Below are positions 27,701-36,782 of a DNA stretch of 64,000 nucleotides, piece by piece. Source of the stretch: Spirochaetota bacterium (GTDB lineage: Bacteria > Spirochaetota > UBA4802 > JAFGDQ01). How positions within the stretch are numbered: the first letter of the stretch is position 1; every line of letters begins with the position of its first letter. The notes below the pieces were generated by a model. The model made no database searches. It saw only the letters and a program-made list of their open reading frames with translations, and was not told the DNA's origin. The position numbers were made by a program, and so were the translations under genes. Location: assembly GCA_043803405.1 (NCBI GenBank), contig JAZDKB010000010.1, positions 1 to 64,000 of the forward strand, written 5' to 3'.

Positions 27701-29254
27701 GAAGATCTGGCCCAGCTTATTTTCGATCTTAAAAACGCCAATCCTGCAGCGCGCGTTAGCGTAAAGCTTGTTTCGGAAGCCGGCGTGGGGACAATTGCGG
27801 CCGGAGTTGCAAAAGCGCACGCGGACAACATACTCATCAGCGGCTATGACGGCGGCACGGGAGCAAGTCCTTTAAGCTCCATTAAGCACGCCGGGCTGCC
27901 GTGGGAGCTGGGACTGTCAGAGACGCATCAGACCCTTGTGCGGAACAACTTAAGGGGCCGTGTGCGGCTTCAGACCGACGGCCAGTTAAAAACAGGGAAG
28001 GATGTCGTTCTTGCAGGCATTCTCGGTGCAGAGGAATTCGGATTCGGCACAGGCGTTCTTATTTCACTGGGATGCGTTATGATGCGAAAATGCCATTTAA
28101 ATACATGCCCTGTGGGAGTAGCAACGCAGAACCCGGAACTTAGAAAAAAATTTAAAGGCAGGCCGGAGCACCTGATCAATTATTTTACTTTCTTATGTAC
28201 CGAAGTGTGCGAGATTATGTCCGATCTCGGAATACGCAAATTTGAGGACTTAATCGGAAGAACGGATTTATTGTCTGTCAGAAAGACCGATCACTGGAAA
28301 GCTGGAAAAGTCGATCCATCGGGAATTCTGTACAGAGTCCCTGAAGCCGGTAAAAACGCTGTTTACTGTGTTGAATCCCAGAAACACAGAATTGATAATG
28401 TTATCGATAAAAAGATACTTGAAAAGGCAGTTCCTGCAATGAATAACGGCGGCGAAATGCATGTACAGGTAAAATTACAGGTGCACAACACCGACCGCGC
28501 TGTAGGCGCTATGCTTTCATACGGGATATCCTCCAGATACGGAGAAAAAGGCCTGCCGGAAAACAGTATAGAATGCCTGTTTACAGGAAGCGCAGGACAG
28601 AGCTTCGGTGCATTCCTCGCCAGGGGCGTGACGTTCAGACTCGAAGGCGATTCCAACGATTATCTCGGCAAAGGGCTTTCAGGCGGAAGAATAATTCTGA
28701 CTCCGCCGCGCGGCTCAACATTCAAGGCTGAAGAAAACATTATAGCCGGGAACACATCGCTTTACGGAGCTACAGACGGTGAAGCATTTATACGCGGAAT
28801 TGCAGGCGAACGTTTTTGCGTTCGCAACAGCGGAGCCATTGCCGTCGTAGAAGGCACGGGCGATCATTGCGCCGAATACATGACAGGCGGGCGCGTAATA
28901 GTGCTGGGTAAAGTCGGACGCAACTTCGCGGCAGGCATGAGCGGCGGCATTGCTTATGTTCTGGACTCTGCAGGCAACTTTGATTATTTCTGCAACAAGG
29001 GCATGGTTGAGCTGTCGCCGGTAAGAGACTATGAAGACCAGGAATTCATTATTGAATGGCTGCGGAAACATATAAAATTTACGGATAGCGCAATAGCAAA
29101 GGATGTTCTTAAAAACTGGTACGAATATCTTCCTAAATTTATAAAAGTTATTTCTTTTGAATACAAACGCGCCCTGAACGAAATGAAGATATCGATGATC
29201 GACGAAAAATTAAAGAAGATTCGGGAAGAAGAACAACTGGAGGAAGTTTTCTAA
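24713..29254 (+). CDS. gltB: Glutamate synthase large subunit
   Basis: HDSCGIG, HSRFSTNT, GAMSYGS, QGAKPGEGG, CVMMRKCHLNTC, GXGXG domain. Confidence 0.98.
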   Translation: MNKWLLKKGLYDSAYEHDSCGIGFIAHIKGIKSNDIVKRGLEILERMEHRGAESADNRTGDGAGILLQIPHDFYSSKVAGIPETGQYGTGLVFLPPDKSEAEKYISLLTEITESEGQNIISWRDIKVDNSVIGEIAKRSEPDIKQVFITGKSSQDTATLERKLYIIRKQIENKIRNSSLEQKDLFHIPSLSAKTIVYKGMLMPDQLKKYFFDLQDEKLTSAIALVHSRFSTNTFPSWDLAQPFRILAHNGEINTIKGNRFWMQARESSFSSDLFGEDIKKILPVIEPGKSDSASLDNALEMLAATGRSLPHAIMMLIPESWNDKNPISEDLKYFYEYHATFMEPWDGPASIVFCDGRYVGGTLDRNGLRPSRYYITKNDMIVMGSEVGVQTFAPEEILYKGRLMPGKLLLVDTEEGRIIPDEEIKDSIAHGKPYKNWIQENRINLHDIQFTEESQVEITGGKLHQLQIANAYTREDIETIILQMALTSQEPTGSMGTDTPLAVFSDKPQPLFNYFKQMFAQVTNPAIDSIREELVMTLTSFLGSHENLLSETEKHCCLIKYFRPVFTNSGIQKIKNLNNPAFKNTIIDATFAALSGKSALEKAMDKICRETEEKVDEGCTIIIISDRNTGRDYAPIPSLLACAGIHHHLIRVKKRTRTALLVEAAEPREVMHFALLFGYGADAVNPYGVLATINNLCEEGKIPSEIKPKQAEENYLKAVDKGLLKVISKMGTSTLRSYRGSQIFEAVGLGNEVIEKYFTGTDSRIEGIGIGEIEKETLIKHEAAFIKGKSILESQGVYQFRKYGEKHAWNPDTIRLLQQAIRTSDYKRYKEFSRISDEQNSRPHVIRGLFEFKNNPVPLSEVESVQNILKRLTTGAMSYGSISKEAHETIAIAMNSMGGRSNTGEGGEDPDRFIRRHDGSLPRSAIKQVASGRFGVTSHYLADADEIQIKIAQGAKPGEGGQLPGHKIDKIIAKTRYSTPGVTLISPPPHHDIYSIEDLAQLIFDLKNANPAARVSVKLVSEAGVGTIAAGVAKAHADNILISGYDGGTGASPLSSIKHAGLPWELGLSETHQTLVRNNLRGRVRLQTDGQLKTGKDVVLAGILGAEEFGFGTGVLISLGCVMMRKCHLNTCPVGVATQNPELRKKFKGRPEHLINYFTFLCTEVCEIMSDLGIRKFEDLIGRTDLLSVRKTDHWKAGKVDPSGILYRVPEAGKNAVYCVESQKHRIDNVIDKKILEKAVPAMNNGGEMHVQVKLQVHNTDRAVGAMLSYGISSRYGEKGLPENSIECLFTGSAGQSFGAFLARGVTFRLEGDSNDYLGKGLSGGRIILTPPRGSTFKAEENIIAGNTSLYGATDGEAFIRGIAGERFCVRNSGAIAVVEGTGDHCAEYMTGGRVIVLGKVGRNFAAGMSGGIAYVLDSAGNFDYFCNKGMVELSPVRDYEDQEFIIEWLRKHIKFTDSAIAKDVLKNWYEYLPKFIKVISFEYKRALNEMKISMIDEKLKKIREEEQLEEVF

Positions 29255-30666
29255 TGGGAAATCCCTCAGGTTTTTTAAACATAAAAAGAAAAGAAGGCGG
29301 ATACAGGCCTGTAGAAGAACGGGTTCACGATTACCGTGAAGTCGAGGTGGACTTGCCGGAAGATGCAAGAAAAGAGCAGGCATCGAGATGCATGGACTGC
29401 GGAGTTCCGTTCTGCCACTGGGCCTGCCCTGTCTCCAATATAATGCCTGAATGGCAGGATAAAATTTATCAGGGAGATTTTAAATCGGCTTACGAAATGC
29501 TCCAGGAAACAAATAATTTTCCCGAGTTCACAGGGCGTGTGTGTCCTGCTCCATGCGAGGCATCATGCGTGCTGTCGATCAATGACGATGCCGTTACTAT
29601 CAGGAACAATGAACTGTTTGTAATCGAAAAAGCCTTTAAAGAAGGATATGTTAAACCGAAAGTGCCTTCTGAAAGGACTGGTAAAAAAATTGCAGTTATA
29701 GGCAGCGGCCCGGCCGGGCTTGCATGTGCGGATCTGTTAAACAAAGCAGGGCATACTGTTGTTCTTTATGAGGCAGACGACGCAGTCGGAGGATATTTAA
29801 GGTACGGCATTCCGGATTTTAAACTCGATAAAAACATCATCGACCGCCGTGTAGATATTCTTAAACAGGAAGGACTTATTATTAAAACAGGAACAAAGAT
29901 CGGAAAGAATATTAGTGATTTAAAAAAAGAATTCGATGCTGTATGCATAACCGCAGGCGCAAGACAAGCCAGGGATCTCAATATACCGGGCAGGGATTTA
30001 AAAGGAATATACTTTGCTCTGGAATATCTTTCCCAGCAAAATAAAATAGTGAAAGGCGCTGTCATTCCCGAAGAGGATCTTATTCGGGCGTATAATAAGT
30101 ACGTTGTCGTTATCGGCGGCGGCGATACAGGCTCGGACTGCGTAGGTTCGGCCAACAGGCAGGGAGCTTCGAAAATTACTCAGATTGAGCTTTTACCAAG
30201 GCCTAACGATCACAGGACAGAGGATGAGCCGTGGCCTTTATGGCCTAAACTGCTTAAAACTTCCAGTTCGCACGAAGAAGGCTGCGAAAGGATGTGGAAC
30301 ATACTTACAAAAAAATTTAACGGCGAAAACGGAATTCTGAAAAGCATCTCGGCCGTTCTGGTGGAATGGTATTATGATGCGCGTAATTATAAAATGAAGG
30401 AAATTCCAGGCACTGATTTTGAGATTAAAGCCGATATGGCTTTCCTTGCAATGGGTTTTCTTCATGTGGAGCACGACCTTGCCGATCATCTCGGACTTAA
30501 GCTGGATCTGCGGGGGAATATTGCTGTAGATGCGAATTATTCGACTAATGTGGACTCCGTATTCGCTGCGGGAGATTCGGTTGCAGGGGCTTCGCTTGTT
30601 GTACGCGCAATCTCACAGGGCAGAGAAGCAGCACATGCTATTGATTCCTATTTAAGAAAAGAGTAA
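29254..30666 (+). CDS. gltD: Glutamate synthase small subunit
   Basis: RCMDCGVPFC, GRVCPAPCE, GSGPAG, GGGDTGSDC. Confidence 0.97.
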   Translation: MGNPSGFLNIKRKEGGYRPVEERVHDYREVEVDLPEDARKEQASRCMDCGVPFCHWACPVSNIMPEWQDKIYQGDFKSAYEMLQETNNFPEFTGRVCPAPCEASCVLSINDDAVTIRNNELFVIEKAFKEGYVKPKVPSERTGKKIAVIGSGPAGLACADLLNKAGHTVVLYEADDAVGGYLRYGIPDFKLDKNIIDRRVDILKQEGLIIKTGTKIGKNISDLKKEFDAVCITAGARQARDLNIPGRDLKGIYFALEYLSQQNKIVKGAVIPEEDLIRAYNKYVVVIGGGDTGSDCVGSANRQGASKITQIELLPRPNDHRTEDEPWPLWPKLLKTSSSHEEGCERMWNILTKKFNGENGILKSISAVLVEWYYDARNYKMKEIPGTDFEIKADMAFLAMGFLHVEHDLADHLGLKLDLRGNIAVDANYSTNVDSVFAAGDSVAGASLVVRAISQGREAAHAIDSYLRKE

Positions 30667-32580
30667 TTAAGATATCACTCTGTTTAGTATTCTGTACAAA
30701 TCATAAATATTAAACGGCTTTTTAATGAAATCATAAGAGCCCATTTTTATCATATCGTCCTTTTTTATCTCAAGCTTGCCGCTCATCAGGACAACCGGTA
30801 TATTTTTATTTATCTTCTTTATCTCATTAAAAACCATTTTCCCGTCCATTTCGGGCATCACCATATCCACGAAAACGATATCAGGATTAATTTCGGTTAA
30901 ATCAGCAATGGCTTTCTTCGCATCCCGCATAACAACAGCATTCTTTAAATTAGCTTTTCTGAATACAAGTTTCATTAAATTTACTATTTCTTCTTCGTCA
31001 TCGATCAGCAATATGCGAAGATTCTTTATTCTTTCAATATCCACGCTTGTCGATTTGTTGGCGCCGTTTTTTTTGCCATCGTCATTTTTTATTGCAGCCG
31101 GAAGCAGAATTGTAAATGTCGTACCTTTGTTTTCTTCGCTTTCTACGGAAATAAATCCGTGATGCTGTTTAATTATTGCGTTCGTAACCGAAAGCCCAAG
31201 GCCGGTGCCCGATATCTCCTGTTCATCCTTAGCGTACGCCCCTTTTGTAGTAAAGAAAGGCTCAAATACCCTTGCCTGGGTCTCGGGATCCATCCCTATA
31301 CCTGTGTCTTTAAAAATTATTTCAACAAAATTATCCCTGTCGCATACGGATATTGTAATTTTGCCTTTAACTTTCGGTTTTATTGCGTGCATCGAATTAA
31401 TTAATAAATTTAAAAATACCTGTTCCATCTGGCTGGAATCGCAAATAGCAGTAAATTTATTAGTATAATTCTTTTCCACTTCAACATTCTGAAAACGAAG
31501 CTGACGTTCCTGCATCTGCACAGTGCTGTCAATTACATCCCTTATATTCTGCGGTATAAGTGCAGGCTGGCTGGGACTCGCGTACGCGTTCATATTTTCT
31601 ACAAGCGCCCCGCCGCGCATTGTTGCCTTCTCAATTTCAGCAAGCGATTTCCTGACTTCATCCAGCGAGTCTTCGCTTAATGAAAGCTGGGTATGACCCA
31701 GTATTATTGAAAGAATATTATTGAACTCGTGCGCTATTCCTCCGGTCAAAGTGCCGATGGATTCCTGTTTCTGCATCTGGATGAATTGTATCTCCAGTTC
31801 TTTTTTTTCTTCCTCAGCCTGTTTTAATTCCGTAATATCCGAAACGACCATTAGTATGCTTTCTTTTTTTCCTATTATAGCTCTCTTTAAAGTTATGTCC
31901 GCCCAGAAAATTTTATCATTGCTGCCTATTGTCAGCCATTCGAAACTTACCGCGTTTCCTTCCAGTCCAAGCGACTGCATTAGATATTCGATTTTATCCG
32001 AAACTTCCTTATCAAATACATCGTCTATCCTTTTATTGAGCACATCCTTTTCGCTGGTCTTGAAAAAATTCAGAAACGTTTTATTGACCGATTCAATTTT
32101 TAAATTTGTGCTGTCAATAGTCAGAATACCGTCCGGGACGCTTGTAACAATATTTTCATAATGTTCTCTAAGCGCTTTGTTCTCAACTTTCAGCTTATAG
32201 TTTTGTACGGCGTTTTTAATGGGAATAAGGATATCGGAGATGTTATCAAGGGGTTTTAAAAGATAATTATATGCATTCAGCGCGACTGCCTGTCTCGCGC
32301 TTTCCAGATTCGCATATCCTGTTACCAAGATAACCGGCAGATCGTCATCTATCGTTTTTATTCTGGAAAGAAATTCAATGCCGTCCATACCTTCCAGCTT
32401 AATATCCGAAATAATTACGTCAAATTTGCCTTCATCGACCAGTTCAAGCGCTTCTTCTGCAGAAGCAACTGCGGTAACTTTACAGTTCTTTTTAGAAAGA
32501 CGGCCGGCGAGAGAAGTCCTGAAATCAATATCATCTTCAACCAACAGGAGGTTTACTTTTTCTTCTTTAATTATATTCAA
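30667..32580 (-). CDS. Hybrid histidine kinase REC-PAS-HisKA-HATPase-REC
   Basis: ISDIKL, AHEFNN, DTGIG, FEPFFTTK, GTGLGL, FVDMVMP. Confidence 0.92.
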   Translation of the reverse strand: MNIIKEEKVNLLLVEDDIDFRTSLAGRLSKKNCKVTAVASAEEALELVDEGKFDVIISDIKLEGMDGIEFLSRIKTIDDDLPVILVTGYANLESARQAVALNAYNYLLKPLDNISDILIPIKNAVQNYKLKVENKALREHYENIVTSVPDGILTIDSTNLKIESVNKTFLNFFKTSEKDVLNKRIDDVFDKEVSDKIEYLMQSLGLEGNAVSFEWLTIGSNDKIFWADITLKRAIIGKKESILMVVSDITELKQAEEEKKELEIQFIQMQKQESIGTLTGGIAHEFNNILSIILGHTQLSLSEDSLDEVRKSLAEIEKATMRGGALVENMNAYASPSQPALIPQNIRDVIDSTVQMQERQLRFQNVEVEKNYTNKFTAICDSSQMEQVFLNLLINSMHAIKPKVKGKITISVCDRDNFVEIIFKDTGIGMDPETQARVFEPFFTTKGAYAKDEQEISGTGLGLSVTNAIIKQHHGFISVESEENKGTTFTILLPAAIKNDDGKKNGANKSTSVDIERIKNLRILLIDDEEEIVNLMKLVFRKANLKNAVVMRDAKKAIADLTEINPDIVFVDMVMPEMDGKMVFNEIKKINKNIPVVLMSGKLEIKKDDMIKMGSYDFIKKPFNIYDLYRILNRVIS

Positions 32581-32600
32581 ATTTAATTCCCCCTCTCTTA

Positions 32601-34232
32601 TTATGAAACCTTAATAGTATATGGAATTATAACATTGAATACCGTGCCGTACCCGGCTGAGCTGCTTACATCTATGTTGCCGTTAAAGCGCTTTACAATA
32701 TTGCCCGCAATTGCAAGTCCAAGGTCTTTTCTGCCCCTGCCGAATTTGGTCGTATCGGATGTATCGAAAATCTCGACTATTTCGTTTTCCGGGATTATAT
32801 CCCCGTTGTCCCGGATATCCACATGCACTCCCTCGGCACCGCTCGAAGTCCTTATGCTTATATCCCCGTTTTCCCTTATAGCTTCGAAAGCATTCATTAT
32901 TATGTTGGTGAACACCTGGTTAATCTGCATTGAATCCGACATTACAACCGGAAGCCCCTGCTCCAGGTCCTTATTAAATTTAACATTTACCTTTGAGAAT
33001 ATTTCGCTCTTTGCCGCAATAATTTTATCTATTACTTCGTTAATATCAATTTCAATTATATATAAATTTTCGTAAGTCCTGGAAAATGACATAAGGTCGG
33101 TTATTATAATTTTACTTTCCCTTGTGGCCTTTTCTGCTTCAACAAGTTTTGGCCGGCGCGGATCGCTTTCCTGCATATCGTCCAGAACATCCTGCAGGTA
33201 GTTCCGCACAGCCCCCATGGGATTATTTATCTCATGGGCAATCCCTGCAGCAAGCTGAGCCACGCTAATCATTTTTTCAGCTTTTAGTAATTCCTCCTCG
33301 CTCCTCCGTAAATCAATTAAAGCCTTGTCCAGTTTTTTATTAACTACGTCTAATTCTTCGGTCCTTTGATCTATGCTAATCTGGAGTTCCTCGTTCAGGA
33401 TTTGATTTTTTTCCAGCGAGTCCATAACGGCGCCATTCTGATCATTCGTGATATCCGAGTTGTCTTTTATGGTTTCTATGTAATCAAAAATGTGTCCGCC
33501 GATAAAAAACGTAATGGGGATAAGAAATAACGCAATTCTACCTAACCCAGACAGGTGTGACACATACCATTCTATAAAATAATAAATAATAATTACAAGA
33601 ACTATTCCGCCGGTCACGGAAAAAAATTCACGTTTATTAAAAACCCTGTTCTGCCATTTAATTTCGTATATACACGAGTCTGCTCCCTCTGCAGCGCACT
33701 GGACTTCCTTAACACGGGCAAATGGAAGTCCGTAAATTGTGGGAATGGCCGAATATCCGCCTTGTACATTCAGGCAGTTATTTTTATCCTGTTTATATTT
33801 ACCCATGAACTGACTTTGTATCACAGCAAAGTTCTTCTTAAACTCAAGAATTTGCAAATCCGCAACCTTAGTTATTCTGGGATTCAGCCTGATCAGGGAT
33901 TTATAGGTAAACGACGGGGTAGGACTTAATGTGAATAATATCTTTAATACTCCCCATGATTCGCCGTACTTTATGGAATTGAGACCGTATCTATATGCAA
34001 TATCGGGGTCGCCTGTATAATTAACCAGTTTTTTTAACAGCCTGCACCAGTAATCGTAACTGATCCAGTTATGTTCATTATCAAAATAATCGACAGGCAC
34101 TCCTGAGCTTTCCATGAACTCGACAAGCTTGTCTGTTCCGTATTCTTCTTCAAATGACCTTATTATTGGGCCCACTACCCGTGCGCTCATCTCTATCTTT
34201 GTATTTTTCCTGTCTATGTTTTCTCGTTTCAC
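32601..34232 (-). CDS. Membrane sensor with N-terminal V4R-like domain, HisKA and a degenerate HATPase
   Basis: NNCL..EVQCAAEGADSCIY, 2 TM helices, AHEINNP; G1 DNGDI, F-box IFDTSDTTK, G2 RKDLGL. Confidence 0.8.
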   Translation of the reverse strand: MKRENIDRKNTKIEMSARVVGPIIRSFEEEYGTDKLVEFMESSGVPVDYFDNEHNWISYDYWCRLLKKLVNYTGDPDIAYRYGLNSIKYGESWGVLKILFTLSPTPSFTYKSLIRLNPRITKVADLQILEFKKNFAVIQSQFMGKYKQDKNNCLNVQGGYSAIPTIYGLPFARVKEVQCAAEGADSCIYEIKWQNRVFNKREFFSVTGGIVLVIIIYYFIEWYVSHLSGLGRIALFLIPITFFIGGHIFDYIETIKDNSDITNDQNGAVMDSLEKNQILNEELQISIDQRTEELDVVNKKLDKALIDLRRSEEELLKAEKMISVAQLAAGIAHEINNPMGAVRNYLQDVLDDMQESDPRRPKLVEAEKATRESKIIITDLMSFSRTYENLYIIEIDINEVIDKIIAAKSEIFSKVNVKFNKDLEQGLPVVMSDSMQINQVFTNIIMNAFEAIRENGDISIRTSSGAEGVHVDIRDNGDIIPENEIVEIFDTSDTTKFGRGRKDLGLAIAGNIVKRFNGNIDVSSSAGYGTVFNVIIPYTIKVS

Positions 34233-34548
34233 TTTTTTGTTTTCCCGAAGTTAAACACCTGATCCCCGTGCCGGGAGGTTTTCCGGCAAAAGATGCAAAG
34301 GGGTAACCAATTAAAAAGCCCTTACGTTTAAGCGGAAATTATTTATATCAAATTCCGGAAAAATAAGCAAATATTTTTTTAATGTAGGGAAAAATATCAC
34401 TTGAACAGTTGTTAATCAGATACATTATGAATTTATTGTACAATATTACTGGTACGCAGTCACATTCGATTAAAGAGATCAATAATGCTAAAAATTGAAA
34501 AGTGATACTGTACTAAAAACAGCAAAAAATCAATAATTATAGAGTTAA

Positions 34549-35544
34549 ATGAACTACACTTTCGCATATAAGCCCCTCCTGCTTCTTCTGCTTTTAGTTG
34601 CAGCATGGGCTTATTTCAAATACAAAAAAGGATTTCCTGCAATTGCATTTTCCCTGACTGGCAGGATCGCAAAATTCACAGGCAGATTCGGCAGATTAGC
34701 AGGCATTGTGCCATTAATTCTGCGTACTGCCGCGCTTGCGCTCCTGGTATTAGCTGCTTCAAGGCCGCAGCTCTATAACGTGTCACGCGACACACGCTCG
34801 CCCGGAGTCGACATAATGCTTTGTCTTGACACTTCGGGCACAATGCGGGCAATGGACTTTATTCTTAATAACGAACGCGTAACAAGACTAATTGCGGTAA
34901 AAAAAGTGGTTACCGACTTTATTAAAAAGCGTGAATACGACAGGATAGGTCTTGTTGTGTTCGGAACCGAAGCATACACCCAGTCGCCGCTTACTATGGA
35001 CAAAGGGCTTCTGCTTGCTCTCATAGAAAAACTCGAAATCGGGATGGCAGGCGACCGCACTGCGATCGGATCCGCAATTGCAGTGGGGGGCAAGCGCCTC
35101 AAAGACCTGGAAGCAAAGTCTAAAATTCTTATTTTGCTTACAGACGGCAGGAACAACACAGGGAGTATAACGCCCGAACAGGCAGCAGACGCTGTTAAAG
35201 CATTCGGAGTAAAAATATACGCGATCGGGGTTGGCGGCAGGGGGCCTGCGCCCATTGTAGATCAAACACCATTCGGCCCAAGGCTTGTCTATATACAGGA
35301 AGATCTGGACGAAAGCATGCTCACTAAAATTGCAGGCATAGGCGGCGGTCGCTACTTCCGCGCCAGCGACAGCAAAGAACTTTCGGAAATATACGACATC
35401 ATCGATAAAGCAGAAAAACGCGAGATAAACATTAAGGAATTTTTTAATTTCAGGGAACTGTATCTTTATTTTTTAATACCTGCGTTTATTTTACTTCTTA
35501 TCGAGATAGCATTAAAAACGACAATTTTAAGGATAATCCCATGA
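34549..35544 (+). CDS. BatA-like VWA domain protein
   Basis: N-terminal TMs, ASRP, MIDAS DTSGTM, TAIG, LLTDG, C-terminal TM. Confidence 0.88.
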   Translation: MNYTFAYKPLLLLLLLVAAWAYFKYKKGFPAIAFSLTGRIAKFTGRFGRLAGIVPLILRTAALALLVLAASRPQLYNVSRDTRSPGVDIMLCLDTSGTMRAMDFILNNERVTRLIAVKKVVTDFIKKREYDRIGLVVFGTEAYTQSPLTMDKGLLLALIEKLEIGMAGDRTAIGSAIAVGGKRLKDLEAKSKILILLTDGRNNTGSITPEQAADAVKAFGVKIYAIGVGGRGPAPIVDQTPFGPRLVYIQEDLDESMLTKIAGIGGGRYFRASDSKELSEIYDIIDKAEKREINIKEFFNFRELYLYFLIPAFILLLIEIALKTTILRIIP

Positions 35545-36536
35545 ACTTTGATCAGCTATGGGCGCTCAACTTTTTGTGGATTGTCCCGCTCGCTGCACTC
35601 GCAATTATTTTCGGCCTCAGAAAAAAAAGAATCGCACTATTAAAATTTGCCGACAATAAACTTTTCCCGAAAATTACAGGAGAAGAAAAAAAAGGAAGAA
35701 TTTATTTTAAGATAATTCTGTTCCTTGCTTCTCTTACTCTTATCGTCTTTGCTTTATCCGGCCCTAGATGGGGAAGCCGATACCAGGAAGTCAACCAGCA
35801 GGGGGTCGACATAATGATTGCGGTAGATGTATCCTCCAGCATGCTTGCCCAGGACGTTAAGCCGACCCGCATGGAGAATGCAAAAAGAGAGATTCATGAT
35901 TTTATTAAAGCAGTGAACGGCGACAGGCTCGGGCTGGTTGCCTTTGCAGGCACAGCATTCGTACAGTGCCCTCTTACTCTCGATTACGCCGCTCTGCAAA
36001 TGTTCCTGTCCGAGCTAGGCCCTGACTTGCTGCCTGTAGCAGGTACGGATATCGGTGCAGCGATTGACACAGCAGTATCCTCCTTTGACGAAAAGTCGAA
36101 TACGGACAGGGTAATACTGCTAATTACAGACGGGGAAGACAATGAAGGCAAAGGCATCAAGGCTGCGGAGAGAGCAGCCGGCAAAAACATAAAGATATTC
36201 GTTTTCGGCACCGGCGACACAGCAGGCGCGCCGGTGCCTGCGACAGACGGCTCAGGTGGCTTCGTAAAAGACAGCCATGGGCAGCTTGTGCTTTCCAGGC
36301 TTGACGAAGCAGGACTCAGCAAAATAGCAACAGCGTCCGGTGGAAATTATGTGCGTTCTGTTGCAGGCGATCTTGATCTCGATCTTCTGTATTACAGCGG
36401 TATAAAACTGAAGACCGAATCAAAAACACTGAAAAGCGGGAAAGTCAAAGTTTTCGAGGAACGGTTCATGATCTTTGTTTTTGCTGCTCTTCTATTGCTG
36501 CTTATTGAAGGCTTTGTAGAAACAAGAGCAAAATAA
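35541..36536 (+). CDS. BatB-like VWA domain protein
   Basis: GPRWG, DVSSSM, CPLTLDY, ITDGED. Confidence 0.88.
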   Translation: MNFDQLWALNFLWIVPLAALAIIFGLRKKRIALLKFADNKLFPKITGEEKKGRIYFKIILFLASLTLIVFALSGPRWGSRYQEVNQQGVDIMIAVDVSSSMLAQDVKPTRMENAKREIHDFIKAVNGDRLGLVAFAGTAFVQCPLTLDYAALQMFLSELGPDLLPVAGTDIGAAIDTAVSSFDEKSNTDRVILLITDGEDNEGKGIKAAERAAGKNIKIFVFGTGDTAGAPVPATDGSGGFVKDSHGQLVLSRLDEAGLSKIATASGGNYVRSVAGDLDLDLLYYSGIKLKTESKTLKSGKVKVFEERFMIFVFAALLLLLIEGFVETRAK

Positions 36537-36782
36537 CCGTGACATCTGCATTTAAACCACGATTCGGCCGGAACATCTTCTAAATACTGCTATTAAAAAT
36601 AAATATTTTTTATTTAAAAAATATTTTAATAAATCATATTATTTATTTGATTAAAATGAATTCAGCTTATATAATTTAAGCGACTGTTTTATCATATTAT
36701 ATTTTGCGAATAAAAAAACGATGAAATAATAATTGGAAACTTCCCCTTGTTTAATAGAAAATTTTTTTAACCATATTAAAAA

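Noticed and set aside
24822..30489. Numerous antisense and alternate-frame ORFs within gltBD and other long genes
   Set aside because: Shadow ORFs of well-supported genes, with no motifs or SD sites.
34262..34325. c-di-GMP-I riboswitch (GGCAAA...GCAAAG look-alike)
   Set aside because: Lacks the GNRA-capped P2 stem and proper spacing; only a TGCCGG/CCGGCA hairpin is supportable.
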